Source of the DNA: Desulfobacterales bacterium
Lineage (GTDB): Bacteria > Desulfobacterota > Desulfobacteria > Desulfobacterales > UBA5852
Length of the DNA stretch: 64,000 nt
Reading direction: 5' to 3'
Assembly: GCA_963674755.2 (NCBI GenBank)
Contig: CAXXVS010000003.1
Span: forward strand, 32,001 to 96,000
The notes below the pieces were generated by a model. It was not told the DNA's origin, did not search any database, and was given only the letters and a program-made list of their open reading frames with translations. The position numbers were made by a program, and so were the translations under genes. The first letter of the stretch is position 1. Each line of letters starts with the position of its first letter. Positions 28,729-38,873 of this stretch are shown here, in pieces.

Positions 28729-29712
28729 ATGAAAGCCATTGTTGTCCGATCCAGCCAGGACGTCGTCGACCTATCCTGGGAGGATGTATCCGATCCCGAG
28801 CCGGGGCCGGATGAGGTTTTGCTGGATATCCATGCCACAGCCGTCAACCGCGCCGATCTCTTGCAGGCCCGGGGACTCTACCCGCCACCGCCCGAGGATT
28901 CCCCTATCCTTGGATTGGAAGTCGCCGGGCAAATCAAGTCGGTCGGCTCAAGGGTCGTGGCCTGGAAGCCGGGTGACCGTGTCTGCAGTTTGGCCCTAGG
29001 CGGAGGATATGCCGAGCAGACCGTCCTTCCCGAGGGGCTTCTGATCCCCCTCCCGAAAGATTGGACCTATGTGATGGGAGCCGCCGTACCGGAAGTCTGG
29101 CTGACGGCCTATTCCAACCTCTGCCGGGAAGGCGCCTTGCAGACCGGCCAAACCGTCCTGATCCACGCCGGTGCCAGCGGTGTCGGCACCGCAGCCATCC
29201 AGCTTGCTCGCGAATGGGGTGCGCAGGTCATCGTCACCGGGGGATCAGCGAAGAAATTGGCGCGCTGCCGCGAACTCGGCGCGTCCGGGGCCATCAACTA
29301 TCATGAAGAAAATTTTGCGGAAGCCGTGATGTCTCTGACCGAACACCAGGGGGTCGATCTGATCCTGGATTGTGTCGGCGGATCTTATCTGGGAAAGAAT
29401 ATCGCCGTTCTCAAACCGTACGGGCGCCTGATCACCATCGGTCTGATGGGGGGCACCAAGGGCACACTGGATTTAGCTGCTGTGCTGATGAAAAGCCTGA
29501 CGCTGAAAGGAACACGGCTGCGGGCGCGCTCGCGGGAGGAAAAAGCAGATATCACCCATCAATTCCGGGATCGGGTCTGGCCGCTCATGGTCGCCGGCAA
29601 GATCTACCCGATCGTGGACCATGTTTTCCCGATTGCCGATGCCGGCCAAGCCCATGAATACGTTAAGAAAAACAAGAATATTGGAAAAGTGGTCCTGAAC
29701 GTGCGTGCGTGA
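28729..29712 (+). CDS. NAD(P)H:quinone oxidoreductase, PIG3 family
   Basis: VNRADLLQARGLYPPP, LGLEVAG, VLIHAGASGVGTAAIQLA, NIGKVVL. Confidence 0.93.
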   Translation: MKAIVVRSSQDVVDLSWEDVSDPEPGPDEVLLDIHATAVNRADLLQARGLYPPPPEDSPILGLEVAGQIKSVGSRVVAWKPGDRVCSLALGGGYAEQTVLPEGLLIPLPKDWTYVMGAAVPEVWLTAYSNLCREGALQTGQTVLIHAGASGVGTAAIQLAREWGAQVIVTGGSAKKLARCRELGASGAINYHEENFAEAVMSLTEHQGVDLILDCVGGSYLGKNIAVLKPYGRLITIGLMGGTKGTLDLAAVLMKSLTLKGTRLRARSREEKADITHQFRDRVWPLMVAGKIYPIVDHVFPIADAGQAHEYVKKNKNIGKVVLNVRA

Positions 29713-29803
29713 GGAATAATGCCTCTAAAAGGCGAGAAAGCCCTTCGATGCCGTTTATCCCCTGCAAGACGGGAACCCGGCAGTGGCAGTAGCAGAAAAG
29801 CCG

Positions 29804-31060
29804 TCAGCCCGAAGCATGGCGCTTGAAAACGACTGTCGCGTTATGACCTCCAAATCCGAAGGTATTGCTTAACGCCATTTTAACAATGCGTTCCTGGGCC
29901 TTGTTGAAAGTAAAGTTGAGCCCGGCATCGATGCGCGCGTCATCCGTAAAATGGTTGATGGTGGGCGGCACCTTCTGATGTTGAATGGCCAGAATACAGG
30001 CGATGGCCTCAATCGCCCCGGCCGCACCCAAAAGATGGCCGGTCATGGATTTGGTGGAGCTGATGTTCAGCTGCTCCGCATGCTCACCGAATACCCGACG
30101 GATGGCCAAGGCCTCGCTGAGGTCGCCAAGGGGGGTGGATGTTCCATGGGCGTTGATATAATCAATTGCTTGCGGCTGGATGCCGGCCTGTTGCAGGGCA
30201 TTGCGCATCACCTTTTCCGCCCCGAGCCCTTCCGGATGGGGGGCGGTAATGTGATAGGCATCAGCGGACATCCCCCCCCCCACAATCTCGGCATAAATAC
30301 GGGCGCCGCGTTTGCGGGCGTGGGTTTCGGCCTCCAGCACCAATGCACCGGCCCCCTCGCCGATGACAAACCCATCACGATCCTGGTCAAAAGGCCGGGA
30401 CGCTTTTTCAGGCGCATCATTGCGTACGGAAATGGCTTTCATCGAACCGAACCCGCCCAGTCCGCTTTCTGTTACAGGCGCTTCAGAGCCGCCAGTAATA
30501 AACAGATCAGCGTAGCCGGCCCGGATGTATGTGTAAGCGTCCAGTATCGCATTGGTCGAGGATGCGCAGGCGGATACGGTTGCGAAATTAGGCCCGCGAA
30601 ACCCAAAGCGAATCGACAAATGGCCGGCGGCGATGTCGGCAATCATCTTGGGGACGAAAAAGGGGCTGAAGCGGGGACGTCCATCACCCTGAGCGTATTT
30701 GGCCACCTCCTCTTGAAAAGTTTGCAACCCGCCGATCCCCGACCCCCAAATAACACCGGCACGATCCTGATCCAGTCGATCCAAGTTCAAGCCGGCGTCG
30801 CGAACAGCCTCATCGGCAACCACCAGGGCGTATTGGGTGTAGGCATCCATTTTGCGCGCTTCTTTGGGCCCGAAGATATCTTCACCGTCATACCCTTTGA
30901 TTTCACAGGCAAACCGTGTTTTGAAACGCTGCGCATCAAATCGTGTAATGGGGGCGGCACCACTGCGGCCCGCCAGCAGACCACGCCAATAATCTTGAAG
31001 GGAATTGCCGATGGCTGTCAAGGCACCCATCCCCGTTACCACCACTCGCCGAGGTTCCAT
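29804..31060 (-). CDS. fabF: 3-oxoacyl-ACP synthase II
   Basis: RRVVVTGMG, SACASS (Cys), INAHGTST, KSMTGHLLGAAG, SNTFGFGGHN. Confidence 0.95.
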   Translation of the reverse strand: MEPRRVVVTGMGALTAIGNSLQDYWRGLLAGRSGAAPITRFDAQRFKTRFACEIKGYDGEDIFGPKEARKMDAYTQYALVVADEAVRDAGLNLDRLDQDRAGVIWGSGIGGLQTFQEEVAKYAQGDGRPRFSPFFVPKMIADIAAGHLSIRFGFRGPNFATVSACASSTNAILDAYTYIRAGYADLFITGGSEAPVTESGLGGFGSMKAISVRNDAPEKASRPFDQDRDGFVIGEGAGALVLEAETHARKRGARIYAEIVGGGMSADAYHITAPHPEGLGAEKVMRNALQQAGIQPQAIDYINAHGTSTPLGDLSEALAIRRVFGEHAEQLNISSTKSMTGHLLGAAGAIEAIACILAIQHQKVPPTINHFTDDARIDAGLNFTFNKAQERIVKMALSNTFGFGGHNATVVFKRHASG

Positions 31061-31071
31061 AAGCGTATCCT

Positions 31072-31335
31072 TCAACACTTGAAGGGGTAAAAATGATGAT
31101 AGCAGTAGGATCCGATGTCGCCGTACAGGATTTCCGTTTCGGCCATACACTCCCCGATCATGCCTTGCGATACTTCGGCATAATCCGCTTTCTGCTCTTC
31201 AGCTTTCTTACAGTCCATACATATCGGCTGGTGCGTGAAGGACGATAGAATGCGGAGCTCCTTCGGAGCGATGGCTTTATGGCATTCATAGCACGCTGTG
31301 GCGCAGGATAGTCTTTCTTCCCAGTTGTCTTTCAT
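31072..31335 (-). CDS. Small Cys/His-rich hypothetical protein (87 aa)
   Basis: GAGGT RBS; CATACYEC, CMDC, C, CYHH, terminal C; tightly packed between the cNMP gene and fabF. Confidence 0.75.
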   Translation of the reverse strand: MKDNWEERLSCATACYECHKAIAPKELRILSSFTHQPICMDCKKAEEQKADYAEVSQGMIGECMAETEILYGDIGSYCYHHFYPFKC

Positions 31336-31384
31336 CTCGTACCTCTTTGAAGGGCTGTTTTTCCCTGGCTTTTAAGTTAGAAGA

Positions 31385-31894
31385 TCAGGGAGCCGTCTGA
31401 TTGGATTGTGATAATTCTTCTCGGCAGCGCAGCAGTTCTTCGGAAGTCATCCGGAGCCGATTGGCCAGGATTTGGGCAAACCCTCTGAAAATGGTGTAAC
31501 GAAAGGCGAGCTTGGAATCCCCATAGAGGGACTCCACCGCGGCCATATCGGTTTGAAGGCATACCGTCTTGTCCACGGCAAAGACGGAGGCCGAACGCGC
31601 GGAACCATCAATAACCCCCATTTCGCCAAACACGTCCCCGGTGCGCCTTATCGTCGCCAGCTCTTTACCGTGCTTGACAATGCGAGCTTTTCCGGAAATC
31701 AAATAAAATATGTTGCGATCGAACTGCCCCTCCTCCAAAATCTGATCACCGGGTTCGAACGCTTTGATCTCGCTCATTTCGATCAGCGCTTGCAAATGAT
31801 GCTTTTCAAGTGCGCGCATTGCGGGAATTTTCATGAGCTTCTGGATGATCATCTCGCTATCTTTAAAAAAATCCGCATCAATCATGGTGCTCAC
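31385..31894 (-). CDS. Stand-alone cyclic nucleotide-binding domain protein
   Basis: ILEEGQ, YLISGKARI, GDVFGEMGVIDGSARSASVFA; no HTH. Confidence 0.9.
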   Translation of the reverse strand: MSTMIDADFFKDSEMIIQKLMKIPAMRALEKHHLQALIEMSEIKAFEPGDQILEEGQFDRNIFYLISGKARIVKHGKELATIRRTGDVFGEMGVIDGSARSASVFAVDKTVCLQTDMAAVESLYGDSKLAFRYTIFRGFAQILANRLRMTSEELLRCREELSQSNQTAP

Positions 31895-32023
31895 CTACCC
31901 GTTAGGAAAAGAGCCTTGCATTGGTTGCCCGCTAATTAGCGAAATCGCATGAGCTATTTTGGCCACCGGTTTCCAACGACAAAATAATCTTTAAATACAT
32001 ATAGTTATATTCGATAAGCAATC

Positions 32024-32095
32024 AGTATAAATCTGGCCGTCACACATGTCAACCATCGCTTCAATGTTGACACCCTCGGCCACTTTTAATATGTT
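32024..32095. promoter_or_regulatory. Back-to-back sigma70 promoters
   Basis: Minus strand TTGACA(32052-32047)-N17-TATACT(32029-32024); plus strand TTGACA(32067-32072)-N17-TATGTT(32090-32095). Confidence 0.65.
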
Positions 32096-32138
32096 TTTGA
32101 GTTGCATACCATAACAAGCCTTTTGAAAGAGGTGCCAA

Positions 32139-32666
32139 ATGGCCGAAACTGTGGATATCGGTATCTACTTGGACCAAGTCAGAGAAGTCGAAATTCTTTA
32201 CCATTTGAAAGCGGATGAATTGGACCGTTTCCTGACGGTATCCGAAGCCGTGCTCTACAGTAAGGGAGAAAAAATCGTCGCCCAGGGCGATAGCGGCAAT
32301 TTCCTCTACGTCATCGTAACGGGCAAAGCCGATGTCAGTTTTAGGGATTTGAACGATGACGAAATGTTCGTTTCATCCGTCGAGGCCGGCGATATGTTCG
32401 GGGAAGCGGCTTTTTTCACCTCCGAAACGCGAACGGCCAGCGTTACTTGCGCCGACGATACCGTCGCCTTGCGAATTCATAAAGGTGATCTGCTGCAATT
32501 CATCAAGGACAACCCACGCTCGGGCAATAAAGTGCTGATGATGATCATTCTCAGTCTTTTGAAAAAGCTGAAGCAGACCAACCAGGAGTTGGCCTATGAA
32601 AAACAGTCGGAAATTGATTTCAACTACGCCGATACCCTCATCCAGGATTTTCTAAACGACATCTGA
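32139..32666 (+). CDS. Stand-alone cyclic nucleotide-binding domain protein
   Basis: IVAQGDSG, YVIVTGKADV, GDMFGEAAFFTSETRTASVTC; no HTH. Confidence 0.9.
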   Translation: MAETVDIGIYLDQVREVEILYHLKADELDRFLTVSEAVLYSKGEKIVAQGDSGNFLYVIVTGKADVSFRDLNDDEMFVSSVEAGDMFGEAAFFTSETRTASVTCADDTVALRIHKGDLLQFIKDNPRSGNKVLMMIILSLLKKLKQTNQELAYEKQSEIDFNYADTLIQDFLNDI

Positions 32667-32709
32667 TCTCTGCCCACCTTGAAAATGAAATGACCCGCAC
32701 GGGTGCATC

Positions 32710-34233
32710 TCACGACCGATCCAAGCTGCGGTACTGAATCGCTTCGGCAATATCGTCCTCGCTGATGGATGGGCGGCTCGCAAGATCCGCCAGCGTGCGC
32801 GCGATTTTCAGAATACGATGATAGGCCCGGGCCGACAGGGCCAGGGTTGCGATGGCGGATTCCAGCAAACGCCGGCAATCGGCATCGATGGCGCAAAAGG
32901 CCTTGATCTGCCGCGTGTTCATTTGGGCGTTGCAATGAATCCGGGAACGCCGAAAGCGCTTGCTCTGAATGGCGCGTGCCCGTGTTACGCGTGCACGAAT
33001 TTGGGCGGATGATTCTTCGCCCGAACTGGCGGTCAAATCACGATAGGCAACGGCGGGGACTTCCACATGGATATCGACACGATCCATGAGAGGACCCGAA
33101 ATTTTGGACCGATAGCGCTTGATTTGAGATGCCGAGCAGGAACAGGCATGGTTTGGATCCGAAAAGTAGCCGCACGGGCAGGGATTCATGGCCGACACCA
33201 GCATGAAGGCCGCCGGATAGGTCAACGTTGAGGCTGCGCGCGATATGGTGACCTGCCGATCCTCCAGGGGTTGACGCAGCACCTCCAGGACATGCTTCTT
33301 GAACTCCGGCAATTCATCCAAAAACAAAACCCCGTTATGGGCCAGACTGACTTCCCCGGGGCGCGGCATATGACCACCGCCGATCAAACCGGCATCGGAA
33401 ATCGTGTGGTGCGGCGACCGGAAGGGCCGCTGAACCACCAAGGCCTGGTCATGCCCCACCATGCCGACCACGCTGTAGATTTTGGTCGTTTCGATGGCCT
33501 CTTCAAATGTAAGTGTCGGCAGAATCGAAGGGATTCTTCTGGCCAACATGGTCTTGCCGGATCCCGGAGGGCCAACCATCAAAAGATTGTGCCCGCCTGC
33601 GGCCGCAACTTCGATGGCACGTTTGGCGTGCTCCTGGCCGACAACCTCCGCAAAGTCCTCCTCTTGGTCGGTAAAATGATCCTGCAGACAACCCAAATCC
33701 GGTTGCACGGGATCCAGTGCCAGTTCACCTCTTAGAAAGGATACGATCTGGGGCAGATTTTCCACCGGCAAGACTTTGATGCCGCTCACCACGGCGGCTT
33801 CAAGCCCATTGTCGGCCGGCACGATAATCCCGGCATAGCCGGCCCGGCGGGCTTCCAGCGCCATGGGTAGCGAGCCGGCCACCGGTTTGATGCGCCCATC
33901 CAGTGACAACTCGCCCATGACAAGAAACGTGTCCAGACTTTCCGCCGGGAAATGCCGGGTGGCGGCCAAAATACCGAGCGCCATGGGAAGGTCGAATCCG
34001 GTACCATCTTTCTTGATATGGGCCGGCGCTAAATTCACGGTGATACGATCATCCGGAAAGCGGTAGCCAGAATTTTGGATCGCGGATTTGACTCTCTCAC
34101 GGCTTTCTTTAACAGCGGCTTCAGGCAATCCCACAGTTGTAAAACAGGGAAGACCCGAGGCAATATCCACTTCAACTTCTACGAGATACGCATCAATGCC
34201 CAGGACGGCGCTGCTGAGGACCTTGGAAAGCAA
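32710..34233 (-). CDS. comM: YifB/ComM Mg-chelatase-like AAA+ ATPase
   Basis: VGLPEAAVKESRERV, GPPGSGKTMLARR, PFRSPHHTIS, LFLDELPEF, SARAYHRILKIARTLAD. Confidence 0.93.
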   Translation of the reverse strand: MLSKVLSSAVLGIDAYLVEVEVDIASGLPCFTTVGLPEAAVKESRERVKSAIQNSGYRFPDDRITVNLAPAHIKKDGTGFDLPMALGILAATRHFPAESLDTFLVMGELSLDGRIKPVAGSLPMALEARRAGYAGIIVPADNGLEAAVVSGIKVLPVENLPQIVSFLRGELALDPVQPDLGCLQDHFTDQEEDFAEVVGQEHAKRAIEVAAAGGHNLLMVGPPGSGKTMLARRIPSILPTLTFEEAIETTKIYSVVGMVGHDQALVVQRPFRSPHHTISDAGLIGGGHMPRPGEVSLAHNGVLFLDELPEFKKHVLEVLRQPLEDRQVTISRAASTLTYPAAFMLVSAMNPCPCGYFSDPNHACSCSASQIKRYRSKISGPLMDRVDIHVEVPAVAYRDLTASSGEESSAQIRARVTRARAIQSKRFRRSRIHCNAQMNTRQIKAFCAIDADCRRLLESAIATLALSARAYHRILKIARTLADLASRPSISEDDIAEAIQYRSLDRS

Positions 34234-34364
34234 AAGGGCTCCTAATCGAAGGACGTTGGAAAGGTTGCCGGTTTCATGGAACGCTAAGGATCAAATGGAA
34301 GTCTCCGTCATGGGAGTCACTAGGCAGGCCGGTGTCGCCATTAATGGCCACCGCTTATTTTATA

Positions 34365-34512
34365 TCGGTGTCCGTCCAGAGATGGCCGCTTTTGGTTCCT
34401 GGCAAGGCCGCAACCGACTGACGCCCACAGGCGTAGCCCGGCTACGCCGAGGACCGACAGGAGGCGAGAACGCCACCAGAGGCCAAAAGACGCCGCCTCC
34501 ATACAGACCCTA
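34365..34512. repeat. Palindromic MITE/REPIN-like intergenic element (about 150 bp)
   Basis: Nested symmetry: central GGCGTAGC/GCTACGCC (34430-34448), CTTTTGG..CTGG/CCAG..CCAAAAG (34389-34489), degenerate outer arms. Confidence 0.5.
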
Positions 34513-34779
34513 ACGCTACCAAATTCGCCCGATAATTGCAATCTTGACACTGTTTCCTAATGAGGACAGTTTGTGATATGAAGCACACAATGCGAGTAGG
34601 CGTTGATAAGCGAGAATAGCGCCCATCAGTGCATCGCGATCTTGACTCTTTATTAGGTTTTTGTAAGGATCTATACGGTTACACGTTAAAAGCCTCTTTA
34701 ACGCCTGACGCTGGTACGACCTTTGCCGTAAGATTGAGGCCTCATAACGGTTGCCCGATATGAATATCAGAGGGCCCCT

Positions 34780-35709
34780 ATGCATATAAATTTTTTGACC
34801 GACCCCGTTAAACAGCGAACCATCGCCTATGAAACCAACTGCCAGGGTATCGGCGTCCACTCTGGCAATAAAGTCCATTTAACCATTAAACCGGCCGCGG
34901 CCAATCATGGCATCCGGTTTGTTCGTACCGATCTGCCGGGCACCCCCATGATTCCGGCCCTGTTTAACCAGGTGGTGGACACCAGTTTAGCCACCGTCAT
35001 CGGAAGCGAGGGGGCCATTGTATCGACCATCGAACATTTGATGGCGGCCCTTTCGGCCCTTTCCATCGACAATGCCGTGATCGCGCTTGATGCCTATGAA
35101 ATGCCGATTATGGATGGCAGCGCCCGCCCTTTTTTTGAATTGCTCGAAGAGGTTGGGGTAGAAGAACAGGAAGCGGAACGCTGTTTCTTTGTCATCAAAA
35201 AGCCTGTTGAGCTTCGCGATGGCAACAAATTTGTAGCCGCTTATCCGTATAATGGCCGCAAGTTATCCTGTACCATAGAATATGACCATCCTTTGATTCA
35301 AACCCAGGCCATTTCCGTCAACCTTGATCCCCATGTTTTCAGAGAAGACATTTCCCCCGCCCGAACCTTCGGATTCGCGCAAGAAGTTGAAATGATGAAA
35401 CGATTCGGCTTGGCGCGGGGCGGTTCGCTGGAAAACGCCATTGTGGTGGATCAAGATAAAATTATGAACCCTGGCGGCCTGCGGTTCGCTGACGAATTTG
35501 TTCGTCACAAACTACTGGATTGTATTGGAGACTTTTCATTACTCGGCATGCCGATCGTGGGGCATTTGGTGACCTATCGATCCGGGCATGCGTTTAATCA
35601 TGCCTTTCTTGAAAAGCTTTTCCAAAATAAGTCCTCTTGGCAGGCCTGCCCGGTTGTCACCCCGATCGAACCGACCATGCCCCCCCTTTCAAGAGCGCTT
35701 GCCATTTAA
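34780..35709 (+). CDS. lpxC: UDP-3-O-acyl-N-acetylglucosamine deacetylase
   Basis: QRTI, GIGVHSG, STIEHLMAAL, PIMDGSA, ARTFGF, EFVRHKLLD, SGH. Confidence 0.97.
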   Translation: MHINFLTDPVKQRTIAYETNCQGIGVHSGNKVHLTIKPAAANHGIRFVRTDLPGTPMIPALFNQVVDTSLATVIGSEGAIVSTIEHLMAALSALSIDNAVIALDAYEMPIMDGSARPFFELLEEVGVEEQEAERCFFVIKKPVELRDGNKFVAAYPYNGRKLSCTIEYDHPLIQTQAISVNLDPHVFREDISPARTFGFAQEVEMMKRFGLARGGSLENAIVVDQDKIMNPGGLRFADEFVRHKLLDCIGDFSLLGMPIVGHLVTYRSGHAFNHAFLEKLFQNKSSWQACPVVTPIEPTMPPLSRALAI

Positions 35710-35881
35710 CGACGGATTCGCTAATAATCTTAAAGGACGCTGCATTTTATAATATTCCTTATGGGTTGAAGCACGCCAAGGCCGCTGCTTGTTTCAGGCA
35801 GAAACCCGCAGGGATGAAGGTGTAACAATCAAGATAATTGTTGAGCCCCTTTCGGGCTATTTTCTTTTTAGGCCGACACGA

Positions 35882-36457
35882 ATGCAAACGATCTCCTATC
35901 TTCTACGCCTTGTAAGGTTCTCCTTTCTATTGGTCATTATCGCGATGCCGGCAGCGGCTGCCGCCCAGGAAGCGCGTCTGAAAAATATCACCATTTCGAG
36001 TGCCGACGATCAACTATTGGTTTCGCTGGAGGTCGAGGGAGCCTTTACACAGGACGTCATGGAAGCGATCCTTAAGGGTGTTCCGGCGGACTTTTCCTTT
36101 TTTATCAAACTCTATCGATCCCGAAGCTGGTGGTTCGACGAAGAGCTCACGGATCTCGAAATTACCCATACGATTAAATACGATAACTTGAAAAAAGAAT
36201 TCTCGGTGTACCGCTCATGGATCGACAAAAAGCCCGTCATCACACCCTCGCTAGCAGAAGCACAGGCGCTGATGACGCATATTAACGGGCTGCCGATTAT
36301 CGACTTGAACCGCATGCAGAAGAATGAACAATACGAGCTTCTGGCAAAAGCGCAATTGAGCCAAATGACCCTTCCGTTTTATCTTCATTATGTGTTTTAT
36401 TTTGTTTCCTTGTGGGATTTTGAGACCGATTGGCACTCGGTCGTTTTCGTCTATTAG
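35882..36457 (+). CDS. DUF4390-family exported protein
   Basis: Signal peptide; EAILKGVP..F.F.IKLYR.R.WWFDE; WDFETDW; usual position upstream of ntrY. Confidence 0.8.
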   Translation: MQTISYLLRLVRFSFLLVIIAMPAAAAAQEARLKNITISSADDQLLVSLEVEGAFTQDVMEAILKGVPADFSFFIKLYRSRSWWFDEELTDLEITHTIKYDNLKKEFSVYRSWIDKKPVITPSLAEAQALMTHINGLPIIDLNRMQKNEQYELLAKAQLSQMTLPFYLHYVFYFVSLWDFETDWHSVVFVY

Positions 36458-36487
36458 CGCAGTCGCGCCTAAGCGCCGGTATACATC

Positions 36488-38755
36488 ATGCCCAGCAAAT
36501 CTTCACAGCTATTTCGGGAACCGCACCCGGAAAGCGAAAAGCGGCGCCGAAAACGTGAACTGTTGCTGATTCCCTTCATTCTTGGAATCGTCGCACTGTT
36601 GACGTTCCTGGAAGCACGACTGATTCGGTTTGGCGCCGATATTCCGGTCTCCAATACCATTTTGATGTTCATCCTGATCAACATCAACCTCCTGCTGCTG
36701 GTTCTTCTGATCTTCCTCGTCTTCCGTAATCTCGTTAAGCTCTTATATGATCGGCGCCGCCAGGCGGTAGGGGCCACTCTGCGCACACGGCTGGTCGTGG
36801 CGTTTGTGGCGCTCACACTCCTCCCGACGACGATTCTCTTTTTTTTCTCCATCAATTTTATCTCCACCAGCATTGAGTTCTGGTTCAATGTTCCTGTGGA
36901 ACAGGCGTTGCAAAAATCCTTGAATGTGGGCCGCCGGGTATATGACCGCATTGAACACAACAACCAATTTTTCCTCGAACGAATTGCCTATCAGATCAAT
37001 GCCAACAACCTGCTTCTAAACAAAAAGCAAAAAGCGCTGTCACGCTATATCCAGGTCGTGCAACGGGAGTTCAACCTTGATGCCGTTGAAATCTACGATC
37101 GCGACTTTCGGCGCGTAACTTTTGCCGTTTCTCCTAAACTGGAAAACAAGACCCTGCCGCCTATAGCGCCGGAAATCTTCAGCAAAGACGACGCCCTGAA
37201 AAAAGTAAAAACAGTAACGGAATTTTCACTGGCCGGCGAAAGCGTCCGGACGGTAGCAACGGTTCCTTTTGGCGTTAAAAGTAATAATGCCGAGGGGTTT
37301 GTCGTCTTGTCAATTGTCGTACCCCCAACCCACGCGAATGAGATGAATGCCATCTCCCAGGGCTTTGAAGAGTATCAGCAAATAAAGCTTCTCAAAAAGC
37401 CCATTCAAATCACCTATTACATTTCTTTGTCGATCGTCGCCTTGCTGGTCGTGTTCTGTGCGGTTTGGTTCGGGTTTTATCTGGCGAAGAACATCACCAT
37501 CCCCATTATGGAGCTTGCCGAAGGAACACGCCGGGTGGCGGATGGCGATCTTGAATTTCATTTGGATATCACCGCAAGTGATGAGATCGGCATTCTTGTA
37601 GATTCGTTTAACAAGATGACTCGCGATCTCAGGACCGGTCGCGAGCAAATCGAATTGTCAGCCGAAATGCTCAGTCAACGCAACATTGAAATTGAAGCCC
37701 GGCGGCAGTACATGGAAATCGTTCTAAAGAATATTTCGGCAGGCGTCATCTCGCTGGATGCCCGTGGAATGATTTCCACAATGAACAAGGCCGCCGAGAA
37801 GATGCTGAACCTCAATGCGGATGATATCATTGACCATAATTATTCAGAACTCTTGGCGGGACACTATCTGGAGCTGGCTGACGAAGTGTTGCAGGAGTTG
37901 AATTCCGCCAAGAACAACGCAGTTGAATTCCCTATTCGACTGAACGTGCAGGGAAGGCCGCGCAGCTTCCTGGTCAATTTCAATGCGCTTAAGGACGATG
38001 CCGGACACCACATGGGCGTGGTGATGGTTTTCGATGATTTGACCGAATTGGAAAAAGCCCAGCGCATGGCCGCCTGGCGCGAAGTCGCCCGCCGCATCGC
38101 CCATGAAGTGAAAAATCCCCTCACCCCCATCTCGCTTTCGGCCCAGCGATTAAAGCGAAAATATGCCAGCCAGATCGATGATCCGGTATTCGACGAGTGT
38201 ACCCGCATGATCATCGACCATGTCGACCTCATTCGAAACCTGGTCAATGAATTTTCCGCCTTTGCACGCTTTCCCACGGCCGATTTAGCGTCATGTGATC
38301 TACCACCTATTATTGAAGAAACGGTAGCTCTGTACAAAGAGGGCCACGAGCTTATTCAGTTTGAAACAAAAATTGAAGGCGATCTGCCTATCCCGCAAAT
38401 GAACTTGGACCGCCAGCAAATCAAGCAGGCCATGATCAATCTCGTCGACAATGCGATTGCCGCCGTGAAGGGGAAGGGGCATGTTGAAATCAAATTGATC
38501 TACCATCATACGTGGGACTTCCTGCGCATAGAGGTCTGCGATGATGGACCCGGCATTTCCGATGCGGTTAAGTCAAGACTATTCGAACCGAATTTTTCGA
38601 CCAAAAAAGCCGGAACGGGGTTAGGCTTAACGATCGTGAACACCATCGTAGCCGACCACCAGGGCACCATCAGTGTGGAAGACCGCAAACCGCATGGGGT
38701 GCGGTTTATCATCGAATTGCCGGTTCACCAAAAAAACTCGGAAGTGGTCGTCTGA
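36488..38755 (+). CDS. ntrY: NtrY-like HAMP/PAS sensor histidine kinase
   Basis: TM helices, HAMP, PAS, AWREVARRIAHEVKNPLTPI, GTGLGL. Confidence 0.9.
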   Translation: MPSKSSQLFREPHPESEKRRRKRELLLIPFILGIVALLTFLEARLIRFGADIPVSNTILMFILININLLLLVLLIFLVFRNLVKLLYDRRRQAVGATLRTRLVVAFVALTLLPTTILFFFSINFISTSIEFWFNVPVEQALQKSLNVGRRVYDRIEHNNQFFLERIAYQINANNLLLNKKQKALSRYIQVVQREFNLDAVEIYDRDFRRVTFAVSPKLENKTLPPIAPEIFSKDDALKKVKTVTEFSLAGESVRTVATVPFGVKSNNAEGFVVLSIVVPPTHANEMNAISQGFEEYQQIKLLKKPIQITYYISLSIVALLVVFCAVWFGFYLAKNITIPIMELAEGTRRVADGDLEFHLDITASDEIGILVDSFNKMTRDLRTGREQIELSAEMLSQRNIEIEARRQYMEIVLKNISAGVISLDARGMISTMNKAAEKMLNLNADDIIDHNYSELLAGHYLELADEVLQELNSAKNNAVEFPIRLNVQGRPRSFLVNFNALKDDAGHHMGVVMVFDDLTELEKAQRMAAWREVARRIAHEVKNPLTPISLSAQRLKRKYASQIDDPVFDECTRMIIDHVDLIRNLVNEFSAFARFPTADLASCDLPPIIEETVALYKEGHELIQFETKIEGDLPIPQMNLDRQQIKQAMINLVDNAIAAVKGKGHVEIKLIYHHTWDFLRIEVCDDGPGISDAVKSRLFEPNFSTKKAGTGLGLTIVNTIVADHQGTISVEDRKPHGVRFIIELPVHQKNSEVVV

Positions 38756-38873
38756 TAGACCGTTCCTGAACGTGATAGGCCGCAAACCGCGCAGGGCCTT
38801 TGCTTGGGCAACCCAGACAAACAATGGCCTATTACCTGCGTTTTATCTCTTTAACCCAATATATCGAGGCAAC

